From contig OY969811.1 in NCBI GenBank assembly GCA_963703315.1, positions 1,056,001 to 1,120,000 of the forward strand: 64,000 bases of DNA, written 5' to 3'. The notes under the pieces are model-generated. The model saw only the letters and a list, made by a program, of their open reading frames with translations, was not told the DNA's origin and ran no database searches. This document shows, piece by piece, positions 36,589 through 47,366 of the stretch. Both the position numbers and the translations under genes were made by a program. Numbering within the stretch: the first letter of the stretch is position 1; every line of letters starts with the position of its first letter. The stretch is from an uncultured cyanobacterium (lineage in GTDB: Bacteria > Cyanobacteriota > Cyanobacteriia > Pseudanabaenales > Pseudanabaenaceae).

Positions 36589-39021
36589 ATGTGGATCAAT
36601 CTCAAAAAAAGAATTTGGAAATGCAAAGATTTCTTTGTCATTATTCCTATAACAACGGGGATTTTGCTAGGAATACGCTTTTTGGGGCTATTGCAACCCC
36701 TAGAACTATCGATATATGACTTATTCTTTCAGTGGCGACCGAGAGAACCCATAGACGAAAGGATCGTGATTGTTGGGATCGATGAAGCTGACATCCAAAA
36801 TTTTGGTTATCCCATTAACGATAGCACCCTCACCAAACTCCTCAACGCCATCAAGCAACAGCAACCTAGAGTGATTGGTCTAGATATCTACCGCGATTTA
36901 CCAGTACCTCAAACCTATGGTTCTGAATATCAAGAATTAGTCAAACTATTTGAATCGACCCCAAACCTCATCGGCATTCGGAAAGTGGTTGTTAATCGAG
37001 AAGGTAGTGGTGTTGCCGCATCCCCAATCCTTGAAAAACTCAATCAAGTCGCTGCTAATGATCTTCTCCCTGATCGCGATGGTAAGATTCGCCGTGTGCT
37101 GCTATCGCTTAAAGACCAGCAAGGTAAAACCGTTGTCAGTTTGAGTGCTGCCCTAGCGCTCCAGTATCTCAAAAAAGAAAATATTAGTGTTGAAGTTATT
37201 GATCCGCAACTTCAGAAATATAAGTTAGGGAAAGCAATCTTCTCGCCGATAGCAGAAAATGATGGCGGCTATGTCCATCAAAGCTTGGGGGGATATCAAA
37301 CATTAGCGAATTTTCGCAATTTTCAGGATAGCTTTCGTTCTGTCTCTATAACTCAAATATTAAAAGGAGAGATTTCACGGGATATCTTTCGCGATCGCAT
37401 CGTTTTAATTGGAATTACTGCTGAAAGTAATACTGATTACTTTATCACTCCCTACAACAGCAATGTCTTGGGAAGTTCTTTGCCAGTTACAAGTGGCGTA
37501 AAACTTCATGCGAATATTGCTAGTCAATTGATTGCCAATGCCATTGATGATCGACCAGTCTTGCAAGTCTGGTCAAAAACTGTGGAGTGCCTATGGATTT
37601 CACTTTGGGCGATTATCAGTGGCTGGTTATGTTGGAATCGTCGCCACATCAGACCAATCACTCAATCCAAGTTTACTTTCCGTATCCCTTGGCTCACTCT
37701 ATCGATCGCAGGTTTAGGCATCGGTCTATTTACCACCAGCTATGGCGTATTCTTGCTGGGTTGGTGGATTCCTGTCGTACCGTCATTGGTTGCTCTGTTT
37801 GGTTCAGCGATCGCGATAACAGGCTATACAGCCCTCAGTGCTAACGAAGCTCGTAGACGCGCCTTGCTTTCGGTTATTCCTGACTTGATGTTCAATGTTA
37901 GTGGTGATGGCATTTATCTAGGTCAGATTAACTATGAGAGTAATATCAAGGTAGCTTTTCCTGACTTGGAGAATATTGGCAAGCATCTTTCCCAAATCCT
38001 ACCGATTGAAATCAGTGATCGCCATCTTTTTCATATTCGCCAAGCTCTAAGCACAGGAAAGCTCCAAATTTATGAACAGAAAATATGGGTTGACAGTAAT
38101 TATCAATATGAAGAAGTTCGTATTGTCGTTAGTGGAGTGAATGAAGTGCTGTTTATGATCCGCAATATTAGCGATCGCAAACAAGCAGAACTAGTTATCC
38201 AAAACAAAAATATGGAATTGGCTCATACCTTAGATGCTCTCATAACTACTCAAAAACAACTTATCGAATCAGAGAAGTATGCCGCCCTCGGTAGTATGGT
38301 TGCGGGTATTGCCCATGAAGTGAATACACCTGTTGGCAATAGTCTCATGGCAGCTTCCATTCTAGAAAATGCTACCGTTAAATTTAACGAAGCTTTCCAT
38401 CGCGGCGAACTCAAAAAATCTAGCTTACAAGCATATTTAGACAAAGCTAAAAGTAGTAGCGAAATTCTCTTAGAGAACTTACAACGTGCCGCCGAACTGA
38501 TCCAAAACTTTAAGCAAGTTGCTGTCGATCAATCTAACCTAGAACAGCGTAGCTTTCAAGTCAAAGATTATATCGAAAGGATTTTGGTGAGTTTAGACCC
38601 ACAAATCAAACATACGCCTCACCAAGTCATTGTCCGAGGTGATCAGGCGATCGCGATGCGGAGTTATGCAGGTGCATTTTCGCAAATTGTCACCAATCTA
38701 GTAATGAATTCCCTAACTCATGCCTATCATGGATTAGATAAGATTGGGAAGCTCCAGTTTGAACTGACTCAGCAAGATGACAAAGTAATCATCATCTATA
38801 CTGATGATGGCAAAGGGATTCCCGAAGAGAGTTTACCTAGAATTTTTGATCCTTTCTTTACAACAGCCAGAGATAGAGGTGGTAGTGGTTTAGGTTTATA
38901 TATTATCTATAACCTTGTAACTCAGAATCTTAAGGGAAGCATTCTTTGCAAAAGTGAAGTTGGTATAGGGACAAAGTTTATCATCACCTTGCCACTTAAT
39001 TTAGAGTTATCTCAAAGCTAA
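36589..39021 (+). CDS. CHASE2-TM-PAS sensor histidine kinase
   Basis: DERIVIVGIDE, PRVIGLDIYRD, DRIVLIG; three TM helices; H-box AHEVNTP; DDGKG, FDPFFTT, GSGLGL. Confidence 0.93.
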   Translation: MWINLKKRIWKCKDFFVIIPITTGILLGIRFLGLLQPLELSIYDLFFQWRPREPIDERIVIVGIDEADIQNFGYPINDSTLTKLLNAIKQQQPRVIGLDIYRDLPVPQTYGSEYQELVKLFESTPNLIGIRKVVVNREGSGVAASPILEKLNQVAANDLLPDRDGKIRRVLLSLKDQQGKTVVSLSAALALQYLKKENISVEVIDPQLQKYKLGKAIFSPIAENDGGYVHQSLGGYQTLANFRNFQDSFRSVSITQILKGEISRDIFRDRIVLIGITAESNTDYFITPYNSNVLGSSLPVTSGVKLHANIASQLIANAIDDRPVLQVWSKTVECLWISLWAIISGWLCWNRRHIRPITQSKFTFRIPWLTLSIAGLGIGLFTTSYGVFLLGWWIPVVPSLVALFGSAIAITGYTALSANEARRRALLSVIPDLMFNVSGDGIYLGQINYESNIKVAFPDLENIGKHLSQILPIEISDRHLFHIRQALSTGKLQIYEQKIWVDSNYQYEEVRIVVSGVNEVLFMIRNISDRKQAELVIQNKNMELAHTLDALITTQKQLIESEKYAALGSMVAGIAHEVNTPVGNSLMAASILENATVKFNEAFHRGELKKSSLQAYLDKAKSSSEILLENLQRAAELIQNFKQVAVDQSNLEQRSFQVKDYIERILVSLDPQIKHTPHQVIVRGDQAIAMRSYAGAFSQIVTNLVMNSLTHAYHGLDKIGKLQFELTQQDDKVIIIYTDDGKGIPEESLPRIFDPFFTTARDRGGSGLGLYIIYNLVTQNLKGSILCKSEVGIGTKFIITLPLNLELSQS

Positions 39022-39060
39022 AACCTATGGCGCACGCGCAGCGTGCGCCATAGGTTTTAG
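39018..39060. terminator. Perfect palindrome containing both convergent stop codons
   Basis: ctaaaacctatggcgcacgc-gca-gcgtgcgccataggttttag. Confidence 0.7.
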
Positions 39061-39698
39061 GGAATTAAGCTGAGGATGTCGTTAGGAGAATGAGCAAGCA
39101 CATCAGCACCATAACTTCTTAACTCTTCTTCCGAGCCATAGCCATAGGTAACACCGATCGCGAAGATTTGGTTTTGTTTTGCACCAATGACATCATGGTA
39201 GCGATCTCCAATCATCACGGTTTGCGAATTATCAAGATTTTCACTCAGCAAAATATGACGAATGAGTTCCGCTTTAATGCTGCGTGTACCGTCTAATTCA
39301 CTGCCATAAATGCCATCAAAGAAGGACAACAAACCAAAATGTTTGATAATCTGTTTGGCATAAAGATGGGGCTTTGAGGTTGCCACATAGATGAGATCGC
39401 CTTTAACCCTGATTAATTCAAGGACTGCGGGAATTTCAGGGTATAAGAAGTTTTCAAATAAGCCAACTGTCGAAAAGCGATCGCGATAAAAAACAATTGC
39501 TTGATCGATCAGAACTTGATCATCCGTTTCTAAAAGTTTTGCAAAACTATTGGTCAAAGGAGGACCAATGCACCATAGCAAGTCATCGTTACTGGGTGGT
39601 TGTTTGCCAAGTTGAACAAGTGCGTGTTGGATACAAGTGGTAATTCCAATCTTAGGATCGGTTAGAGTTCCATCAAGATCAAATAAGACGGCAACCAT
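39057..39698 (-). CDS. HAD family hydrolase (phosphoglycolate phosphatase/5'-nucleotidase-like)
   Basis: FDLDGTLTD, ATSK, MIGDRYHD. Confidence 0.9.
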   Translation of the reverse strand: MVAVLFDLDGTLTDPKIGITTCIQHALVQLGKQPPSNDDLLWCIGPPLTNSFAKLLETDDQVLIDQAIVFYRDRFSTVGLFENFLYPEIPAVLELIRVKGDLIYVATSKPHLYAKQIIKHFGLLSFFDGIYGSELDGTRSIKAELIRHILLSENLDNSQTVMIGDRYHDVIGAKQNQIFAIGVTYGYGSEEELRSYGADVLAHSPNDILSLIP

Positions 39699-39762
39699 GA
39701 TGTTTACTTCTCTTCTTTAGATTTTACATAAAGAGAACTGTGGCGCAAAGCGCCACAGTTCT

Positions 39763-41355
39763 CTAGGGATTTTGATCAGAACTAAGCTGCGATCGCCTGA
39801 TATCTTGACCTTCGATAATGGTGTGTAGTTGCCAACTAGGATCAATGTCAGGAAAATCTGCACGATAATGAGCGCCCCGACTTTCAGTACGAAATAGAGC
39901 CGATCGCACTAATAAATAGGCATAGTCAGCTAGATTCCGAGTTTCGATCCATAGACGTGAAGGTTCGGCAAGTTGAGTTAGCTCCGCTTGCCATGTACTA
40001 ATTTGTGACAAGGCAATTTCTAAATCAGCCTGAACTCGACAAATCCCCACCGCTTGCCAACTGAGATTTTGAATTCCAGATTTAATATTTTGGATAGTTG
40101 CTGAATTACCATGATTTTGGATCTTAGGTGCGATCGCTTTTGGAGTCTTAAAAATCTGAGTCTGTTGAGAACAAACCTGTTCTGCTAATCTTTCTCCAAA
40201 CACAAAGCATTCTAAAAGAGAGTTACTAGCCAGACGATTAGCACCATGTACACCCGTACTAGCAGTCTCACCGACTGCATATAGTCCCTCAATGGAAGTA
40301 GCCCCATGAGAATCAACGACAATTCCTCCCATGCAATAGTGGGCGGCGGGAGTTACGGGGATCGGCGTAAAGAAAATATCAATTTGCCACTGTTGACAGA
40401 TTTTAATGATATTCGGAAATCGATGGGCGATCCTCTCTCTGGAAATCGGCTGTAAATCTAGAAATACGGTGGGTTCTTTGGTTTTTTTGAGATGGTTAAA
40501 TATGGCACGGCTGACGACATCGCGAGGTGCTAGCTCACCTTTGGGATGGTAATTAAAGGCAAAGCGATCGCCTTGATGATCGATTAAATGTGCGCCTTCT
40601 CCACGTACTGCCTCGCTGATCAGAAATCTGGGAGCATTGGGTAAAGCGAGAGCCGTCGGATGGAACTGCACAAATTCCATATCACGGATGATTGCTCCTG
40701 AGCGCCATGCGATCGCGACACCATCACCTGTACTTGAGGGTGGATTGGTATTTTGTGAAAATACCTGAGCGCCACCGCCTGTCGCCAAGACAACGACTGG
40801 CGAAATCAAGCAGCCAATTTCCTGATTTTCTTCTAGATAAAAAACTCCGTTACAACGCCCCTGAGCTATGAACAGATCTAAAATTAGGGTTTGACTCAAA
40901 ACTTGAATACTCGGATTTTGGAGTACCGCCGCCGCAAGCTTAGATACCAGCGCTCGCCCTGTTGTGTCCGCCGAATGTAATACCCTTCTCTTGGAGTGAG
41001 CAGCTTCTAAAGTTAGTGCTAAGCTCCCGTCTTCAGCGCGATCGAAGTCCACACCCAAAGCAATCAGGTTTTGAATTTGTCGAGGTGCAGCATTAACAAG
41101 TACATCGACTGCTTCGATATCGCACAAGCCCACACCCGCGATCAATGTATCTTTACCATGAAACTGAGGTGCATCATCTTTATCAACAACCGCCGCAATC
41201 CCACCCTGCGCCCAGTCACTAGCTGAAGTTGACAAGTTATCTTTAGTCACTAAACCAATTCGCCAGTTTGGTGCTAAGTCTGTGAGTCGAAGTGCAGTAT
41301 ACAGTCCAGCAGCACCGCTGCCGATAATCAAAGCATCAAACCTTGTCTGGTTCAT
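39763..41355 (-). CDS. nadB: L-aspartate oxidase
   Basis: IGSGAAGL, SDWAQGGIA, EAAHSKRRVLH, QFHPT, HGANRLASNSLLE. Confidence 0.95.
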   Translation of the reverse strand: MNQTRFDALIIGSGAAGLYTALRLTDLAPNWRIGLVTKDNLSTSASDWAQGGIAAVVDKDDAPQFHGKDTLIAGVGLCDIEAVDVLVNAAPRQIQNLIALGVDFDRAEDGSLALTLEAAHSKRRVLHSADTTGRALVSKLAAAVLQNPSIQVLSQTLILDLFIAQGRCNGVFYLEENQEIGCLISPVVVLATGGGAQVFSQNTNPPSSTGDGVAIAWRSGAIIRDMEFVQFHPTALALPNAPRFLISEAVRGEGAHLIDHQGDRFAFNYHPKGELAPRDVVSRAIFNHLKKTKEPTVFLDLQPISRERIAHRFPNIIKICQQWQIDIFFTPIPVTPAAHYCMGGIVVDSHGATSIEGLYAVGETASTGVHGANRLASNSLLECFVFGERLAEQVCSQQTQIFKTPKAIAPKIQNHGNSATIQNIKSGIQNLSWQAVGICRVQADLEIALSQISTWQAELTQLAEPSRLWIETRNLADYAYLLVRSALFRTESRGAHYRADFPDIDPSWQLHTIIEGQDIRRSQLSSDQNP

Positions 41356-41662
41356 TAAGTAAAGCCAAGTTGTCAGTAGTCGATATTATCTCACTAGATC
41401 AATATCATTGTCTTGAGGCAATCTGCGATCAATATATACCACCAAAAAATCAGAAGTTTCACTAAACACTAAGTTTAGTGAAACTTCTGATTTTATCCTT
41501 TAGCTCACAAAAGCTCTCTTAGACTAACAGCTACAATGATTAAAATCTAAAGTCTGTTCTAAAACAAACAGTGAAATCAAATAATTTCGGTTAATATATA
41601 TTTAAGATAGTCAAAAAGTCTTTTCTCCAATACGTCTGACTAATAAACCAAAGTAAAATATT

Positions 41663-42775
41663 ATGGTTAGTACATTTTCAAGAGATAGAATCGCTACAGC
41701 AGAAGAACAAATCGAAGATAGAAGGCAAGAAATTGCTTACGATACTAGAGAATTTACAATAGAATACATAGTCAATAAATACTTAGAGAAAAATGATGAT
41801 GATCTAAGCGATATTTATGTGCCTGAATACCAGAGGGAATTCGTATGGGATATTAAGCGTCAATCTAGATTAATTGAATCTATTGTGCTTGGTCTACCCA
41901 TCCCCCTGCTTTTCGTAGCTGAAATTAAAGAAACTGGTAGGCTAGAAATCGTTGATGGTTCCCAAAGAGTTAGAACTCTTGCCGCTTTTATCACTAACCA
42001 GTTGCAATTAGCTAATTTGAGGACATTAAATTCTCTGAATGGCTTCAAATTTGAAGATTTTGCTCCATCTCGTCAAAGAAAGTTTAAAAATATTCCCATC
42101 AGAATGGTTGTTCTTTCAGATAGGGCTAATGAAAGTGTACGAAACGATATGTTTGATCGTATTAACACTAGCAGTCTTGACTTAGCTCCTATGGAGACTA
42201 GGAAGGGAGTATATAGAGGTGATTTTATTGACTTTATTTTTGAATGTTCAAACAACCAAACATTTATTAAGCTTTGTCCAATTTATAAATATTTCCAAAA
42301 TAGATATGAAGAAGCGGAGCTTATTCTAAGATTTTTTGCCTTTTCCGAAACCTATCCAAAGTTTTGCCTTCCTGACGACATAACAGATCTTGATAGAACA
42401 GGTGTGGCAAGATTTCTTGACGAGTATGTTTTAAGTAAGAAAGGTACTTTTACAGAGACAGAGAGAAATCAAAAGCTATTTGATTTTGGAGAAATGTTAG
42501 AATTTGTAGGTAAGAATTTTCCAAGCGGATTTAGAAAGCGGCACGATTCGGAAGCGACTAGTCGCAACTATTTTGAGGCTATATCAGTTGGTTCACATCT
42601 AGCTCTTAAGAGTAAGCAAAACTTAGAAATTAAAGACTTATGGAAACCTCTAGAAAAGAATAATCAGACAATTTCTTTTAATATTCCTATTGATCGGTAT
42701 CAGACACACAAGCCCGAAAATATGTTAAGAAGAATTGATTATGTTAAGGCGAAGCTTCTTAATTATAGTTTATGA
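41663..42775 (+). CDS. DUF262 (ParB-like/GmrS-type) domain protein
   Basis: VPEYQREFVW, SRLIESIVLGLPIP, IVDGSQR, FDRINT. Confidence 0.9.
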   Translation: MVSTFSRDRIATAEEQIEDRRQEIAYDTREFTIEYIVNKYLEKNDDDLSDIYVPEYQREFVWDIKRQSRLIESIVLGLPIPLLFVAEIKETGRLEIVDGSQRVRTLAAFITNQLQLANLRTLNSLNGFKFEDFAPSRQRKFKNIPIRMVVLSDRANESVRNDMFDRINTSSLDLAPMETRKGVYRGDFIDFIFECSNNQTFIKLCPIYKYFQNRYEEAELILRFFAFSETYPKFCLPDDITDLDRTGVARFLDEYVLSKKGTFTETERNQKLFDFGEMLEFVGKNFPSGFRKRHDSEATSRNYFEAISVGSHLALKSKQNLEIKDLWKPLEKNNQTISFNIPIDRYQTHKPENMLRRIDYVKAKLLNYSL

Positions 42776-43518
42776 GAGAATTTATAAGAGATTTCGATAG
42801 GCGAGTAGTTGAAGTTGATAAGTATTTTGACTTGGTTGATAGAATTGAGCAACTTGGGGCTTTTTCTACAAACTCGATAACCTTTCCTTCAGGTGAGTAT
42901 ATAGTTGATAGCGATCTTCAAAAAATCCTGAGATCTCATTGTTATTTACTCTTGTATAATCTGATTGAATCTTCTATTAGAAATGGGATAATTGCTATCC
43001 ATGATGAAATTATTCTTGACAATCTAACTTACAAAGATTTGAGTCCAAAAATCAAAAAGTTATGGCTGTCAAATGATCGTAGTAAAAGTTTCATAAGTCC
43101 AAATATTAAGAAGGATACTATTGCAACAAATCTTCAGACAATAATTGAATCTATTCTTGATGATGAAACAGTCTCACTAGATGAAAGCAATATTCCAATA
43201 TCTGGAAATCTTGATGCTAAAACTATCAATGAATTGATAAATATGTATGGTTTTATTGGAAATTTAGGTGTTTCAGCTAGAGAAATGGATTGGATTCTTG
43301 ATTTTGTGGTTAAGATTCGATGTGATTTAGCTCACGGGAATGTATCATTTAGTGACGCATCGAATGAAATTATTTGGAATAGATCAATTAGTGATATTGA
43401 TAGCAGTGACAGAGTTTACAGATACTTAGTTGATGATAAACAGAAGATAGTTAGATATCTAACACATCTTCTGCAAAATATTGATGATTATATTGAGAGC
43501 AAAAAGTACAAAGCATAG
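42772..43518 (+). CDS. MAE_28990/MAE_18760-like HEPN nuclease
   Basis: LLLYNLIESSI, SGNLDA, Rx4H motif RCDLAH. Confidence 0.85.
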   Translation: MREFIRDFDRRVVEVDKYFDLVDRIEQLGAFSTNSITFPSGEYIVDSDLQKILRSHCYLLLYNLIESSIRNGIIAIHDEIILDNLTYKDLSPKIKKLWLSNDRSKSFISPNIKKDTIATNLQTIIESILDDETVSLDESNIPISGNLDAKTINELINMYGFIGNLGVSAREMDWILDFVVKIRCDLAHGNVSFSDASNEIIWNRSISDIDSSDRVYRYLVDDKQKIVRYLTHLLQNIDDYIESKKYKA

Positions 43519-43586
43519 TCAAATTATTAATAATTTGAGGATTTCCAGATTGTTAATGAAAAAGCGGCGCATTGCGCCGCAATCAT

Positions 43587-44291
43587 CTATGGGGTAACTG
43601 TGAGTTTTTTTAAGACTTCTTTAGTTCGGAGTCCCTGTTTCACCCAAGTCTCTACTTGTTGCACTTTACTGGTTACTCCCACAACAAAGCGCGTGTAATT
43701 CTCTGGACTAGAACTATCTACAGGAGCAACGGCATCAAGCTCAGGCTGAGATGACCAATCCGTAGCACAGGCACGAATCTCCTTGCCAGCCCAACGCGAA
43801 AACCATGCAGCAATAAAACCCGCTTGCAACTGATGCCAAGGCAAATTACCTGATTGCAAGCCAATTTCGCTACCTGTGGTCAAAACCGAATTTTGGGTAG
43901 TCACGACAATTAGCCCATGTTGGCGATGACTAAAATCAAGGGTCAAAACTCCCATGCCATGCACAGTCCAGAGTTGGCGCATCGTTGCCAAAAATTCCAC
44001 TGCATTAGTTGCCATAATTGTTTTGCCTTGATAAGACTCAATCTCGCCACGAATATGATCGTAGAAAGAACCACCCCAACCAAAGCCAAAGGTATAGAGC
44101 GCTAGAGTTCCCGCCTGTCCTGCCTCAGACTGAAGCGATCGATGGATACTTCGCAATAAAAAATCTGGTACAGCAACTAGGCGATCGCCTTGTCGAGTAG
44201 AAAGCAAACCCGTTGCAGGATCGGACTTAACGTAAAAACGGGGGGAAAAGTAATTTCCAGCAATTGAATTAGGAATCATTGGCTTAACCAT
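43587..44291 (-). CDS. V4R-like domain protein
   Basis: GLLSTRQGDRLVAVP...LYTFGFGWGGSFY...WTVHGMG...AGFIAAWFS. Confidence 0.75.
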   Translation of the reverse strand: MVKPMIPNSIAGNYFSPRFYVKSDPATGLLSTRQGDRLVAVPDFLLRSIHRSLQSEAGQAGTLALYTFGFGWGGSFYDHIRGEIESYQGKTIMATNAVEFLATMRQLWTVHGMGVLTLDFSHRQHGLIVVTTQNSVLTTGSEIGLQSGNLPWHQLQAGFIAAWFSRWAGKEIRACATDWSSQPELDAVAPVDSSSPENYTRFVVGVTSKVQQVETWVKQGLRTKEVLKKLTVTP

Positions 44292-44746
44292 TGGTGGGCG
44301 ATCGCAACATAAGGCAGTAACAAATCTGCATTCTCCTTAGGAAGATTGGCTTGCACAGATTTTTGTAAAGAGCGATAGACAAAATCATTAACCCGTTGAT
44401 TTTTCAAAGCCAACATAATGTTTTGCATCCAATACAGCAACCGATCTTTGAGCAGTTCTTCATCTTGCAATAGCATGGCGGTAGCGCAGTAACGCAATAC
44501 TAGAGCCATATCCCGATTGCATTTGTTGCCACCATCGTGAGTTACCTTGGCTGCCACATCAGGAGCCGTAGTTTTAATCTGTTGCATTACCTGAGCAAGG
44601 ATGGCATTTTCCTTAGCTTGGACTAAATCATAGGTTTGGCGACGCTGTTGCCAAGAATTGATTGTCCGATCCAAAGTTTGTAAATCTTCTGGTGTGATAT
44701 ACGAGCCATCGGCGCGATCTAACACAGTTTCTAAGAGAGTAAGCAT
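44276..44746 (-). CDS. Phycobiliprotein-like (globin-fold) protein
   Basis: ADGSY N-terminus; KCNRDMALVLRY resembles the bilin-attachment motif CxRD...LRY; LLYW. Confidence 0.75.
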   Translation of the reverse strand: MLTLLETVLDRADGSYITPEDLQTLDRTINSWQQRRQTYDLVQAKENAILAQVMQQIKTTAPDVAAKVTHDGGNKCNRDMALVLRYCATAMLLQDEELLKDRLLYWMQNIMLALKNQRVNDFVYRSLQKSVQANLPKENADLLLPYVAIAHQWLSQ

Positions 44747-44832
44747 AATTTTAAAGATTTAAAAAAATTTAATTAGTTTAGTGAAATTATTATATTGACT
44801 CTTCCACTTTTGTCAGAAAAATTCAAGAGTTT

Positions 44833-45204
44833 CTACGAATCAGGAAAATTAACTAGTAAATCCTCAAGCAAATTGAGATCCTCCTCCTTCGCAGTTACAA
44901 TTTCCTGACTCTCAACATTCCATTCAATTTGCTCAATTAACTCTTGTGTGGTTAAAGATTCTAAGTTAGGAATATCATCTAAACCCAACAAAAAAGGTGA
45001 TGGACGAGGAATTGAATTTGGTAGCGCACCATTCAGATTTGATTGCTCCTCAATGGGCGATCGCGGCGATCGCGAAGGTTTATCTTTCTCTAAATCCTCA
45101 ATAAAAAATACTCTCAAGGCTTTGACAAGCGATCGCCATAGCCTTTTTAGCCATTGCAGCCAATTGGGCAAACGATACTTACGCGGTTTGTTGCGTCTTC
45201 TCAC
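44833..45204 (-). CDS. Hypothetical protein (basic amphipathic N-terminus, acidic C-terminus)
   Basis: ORF tightly packed within the cluster. Confidence 0.55.
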   Translation of the reverse strand: MRRRNKPRKYRLPNWLQWLKRLWRSLVKALRVFFIEDLEKDKPSRSPRSPIEEQSNLNGALPNSIPRPSPFLLGLDDIPNLESLTTQELIEQIEWNVESQEIVTAKEEDLNLLEDLLVNFPDS

Positions 45205-45205
45205 C

Positions 45206-45937
45206 TCAAATCCCTCCTAAATCGATTGAACTAGCTGACTCAGAGCCATTGGCAATGTCTTGATCTAACAACCTTTTTTCAATCTCTTGAGCAGTAGCCC
45301 CAGAGTTTAACCAAAACTCAGCCGCTTTGATGCGCGTCTCCGAACCAATCAAAAATCGACAAAAGTTATTACCCATTGAATAGCATTGAATTTCCGTACT
45401 ACTCAAACCACGATTGAGCATTACTGAAAAGAACCCTGCTAGTAGCCCTGCGTACAGAAAACACACTGGCTTACCAATATTACCCATCGACTTCGCCACT
45501 GCCGAGTCAAAAAGATCGATGAAAATAAAACCTTCGCGAATAGAACTAAGATCGACATTCCATTTACCCCAACCCTGTGCTGTTAAAGGCCACCACCAAG
45601 TTTCTAGTGCAAACTTCAGACTAGATTTGTTGATGCTTAAACGATAGTCTCTCTCAAACCATACTTTAAAATCTTTGGCATCCTCAATCCCCCAATCCTT
45701 ACCAATCAAATACATCAACCAACCAGAAGCCTCCCCCACTTCATGTTCTAGCCCCTTCAGTAACGACACAATAAAATCGTCACTAGCTAACACATATTGA
45801 TGTTGATTCCAGTCTTTAATTTGCCCTTTAGACTGATCAAATTGAAAAAAAGTATGGCGGCTATAATGGCATACTTGCGATAAAGAAGTTAATGGAAGAA
45901 TTGCTTCTTCATTAGGATAAAAGGGTGTTTTTGTCAT
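45206..45937 (-). CDS. V4R domain protein
   Basis: GLEHEVG, WWWPLTAQGWG, SAVAKSMGNIGKPVC, EIQCYSMGNNFCRF. Confidence 0.88.
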   Translation of the reverse strand: MTKTPFYPNEEAILPLTSLSQVCHYSRHTFFQFDQSKGQIKDWNQHQYVLASDDFIVSLLKGLEHEVGEASGWLMYLIGKDWGIEDAKDFKVWFERDYRLSINKSSLKFALETWWWPLTAQGWGKWNVDLSSIREGFIFIDLFDSAVAKSMGNIGKPVCFLYAGLLAGFFSVMLNRGLSSTEIQCYSMGNNFCRFLIGSETRIKAAEFWLNSGATAQEIEKRLLDQDIANGSESASSIDLGGI

Positions 45938-46021
45938 TTGAGTTCCTTCAATGTGAATAAATGGGAATTTCCATAAATCTCAGAAAAACAGTCAATTAGA
46001 TTACCGATCTCAAACCCTAGA

Positions 46022-46507
46022 TTATTCTGGGGATAATAACATTTGACTTAAGTCAGTAGTAAAGGTGGAATCAATTTCAGCCATTTTTTCTAAAGCCGAT
46101 CGCAAAATTAGTTTACCTTCTTCAACTAAAACATCACCAGTCAATGGATGGATGAGATTTTGTTGAGCGCGTTTGCCGATTAAGACTTTTAACTCTCCTA
46201 GCGAACCTATATACATACCTTGAGGAACTTCAATTACAACGCCATCTCGAATAACTCGCGCTTGACAAGCCAAACGTGAATTCTCTTTAGATGTAGTGAT
46301 AAAACTTAAAGTTAATATCTCTTGGTCATTTTTAGGACTTAGAGCATCTTTCCCCTCTTGGACATATATATGGCAAGTTGCACACCTGCCCTGACCGCCA
46401 CAGGCTTGGAGTACATTCATCTCCTGTTCCAGCAAAACACTGAGTAAAGTGCTATCAGTTAAGACCTCCACCTCTTGATTTAATGGTTGTAGTTTTATTT
46501 GTTTCAC
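46022..46507 (-). CDS. 2Fe-2S ferredoxin with C-terminal extension
   Basis: CGGQGRCATC...SRLAC; tail HPLTGDVLVEEGKLI. Confidence 0.88.
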   Translation of the reverse strand: MKQIKLQPLNQEVEVLTDSTLLSVLLEQEMNVLQACGGQGRCATCHIYVQEGKDALSPKNDQEILTLSFITTSKENSRLACQARVIRDGVVIEVPQGMYIGSLGELKVLIGKRAQQNLIHPLTGDVLVEEGKLILRSALEKMAEIDSTFTTDLSQMLLSPE

Positions 46508-46517
46508 TTATATCTCA

Positions 46518-47366
46518 TTAAACAGTGGAAATTAGCTTGGCAACATCAGCAGATAGAGGCTTAGCTTTTAATATCTGTGAGAAGTCAATAATAACCCGCT
46601 CACATTCCTTTAAGAAAGCTCTGACCCAAGTTTGCACATCCTGCAATTGTTCAGGAGTTAATGGTGCAATCTGCTCAGTGAGAAAAGGACAACTAATTTG
46701 ACCTTGATAGTCAATTTTCCAATATTCCAAAGATGGATGCAGGGTTACTAGACTTGAGTGGGTTTTTTTCCAATAGTTAGCGATCGCCAAAGGTCCCAAA
46801 TAGCCAGAACTATATTTAGTCAACCGATTTAGGGCAACAAGAGTCGCCTCCCATGTCAAGGTATCAATGTCGGTAACCGCGTCAGAGATGAGAGATTGAT
46901 TCTGAATAGAATTTTGAATACTACTTTTCAGGGCATTACGAATTAATGCTTTCCGAAATAAATGCACATTATGAGGATGAATACTCACCACATCATGCAC
47001 GCCTCTGTCAATTGCCCATTCTCGAAAAAAATCACTAACCTCAATTTGATCGACCAACAGAATAATTGGTAAATTCTGCCATTGTTTGAGACAACGACGA
47101 CAAACCTCTAACCAATTTAAATCTTCTAATTTGCCTAATAAAATCAGATCAGGAGATTGCCTAGTGACAGCCTGAACTAACTGTTGATAATTGGAGCAGA
47201 GATCAGGAACCCAACGATTATCTTTCTTAATTTCTTCAAGAATGACTTGCGATATATTTGGTTTTGACTCAGCTAGAGCTAAATGTATAAGCCGCTTTGC
47301 TGGATGCTGGTGATCCATTAATTCTTCAAAAAAAGAATCCGAATTATTCATTGTTAATGTTTGCAT
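46518..47366 (-). CDS. Protein with degenerate receiver-like domain
   Basis: QSPDLILLG...LEVCRR...NLPIILL; C-terminal YLGPLAIANYWKKT domain. Confidence 0.55.
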   Translation of the reverse strand: MQTLTMNNSDSFFEELMDHQHPAKRLIHLALAESKPNISQVILEEIKKDNRWVPDLCSNYQQLVQAVTRQSPDLILLGKLEDLNWLEVCRRCLKQWQNLPIILLVDQIEVSDFFREWAIDRGVHDVVSIHPHNVHLFRKALIRNALKSSIQNSIQNQSLISDAVTDIDTLTWEATLVALNRLTKYSSGYLGPLAIANYWKKTHSSLVTLHPSLEYWKIDYQGQISCPFLTEQIAPLTPEQLQDVQTWVRAFLKECERVIIDFSQILKAKPLSADVAKLISTV

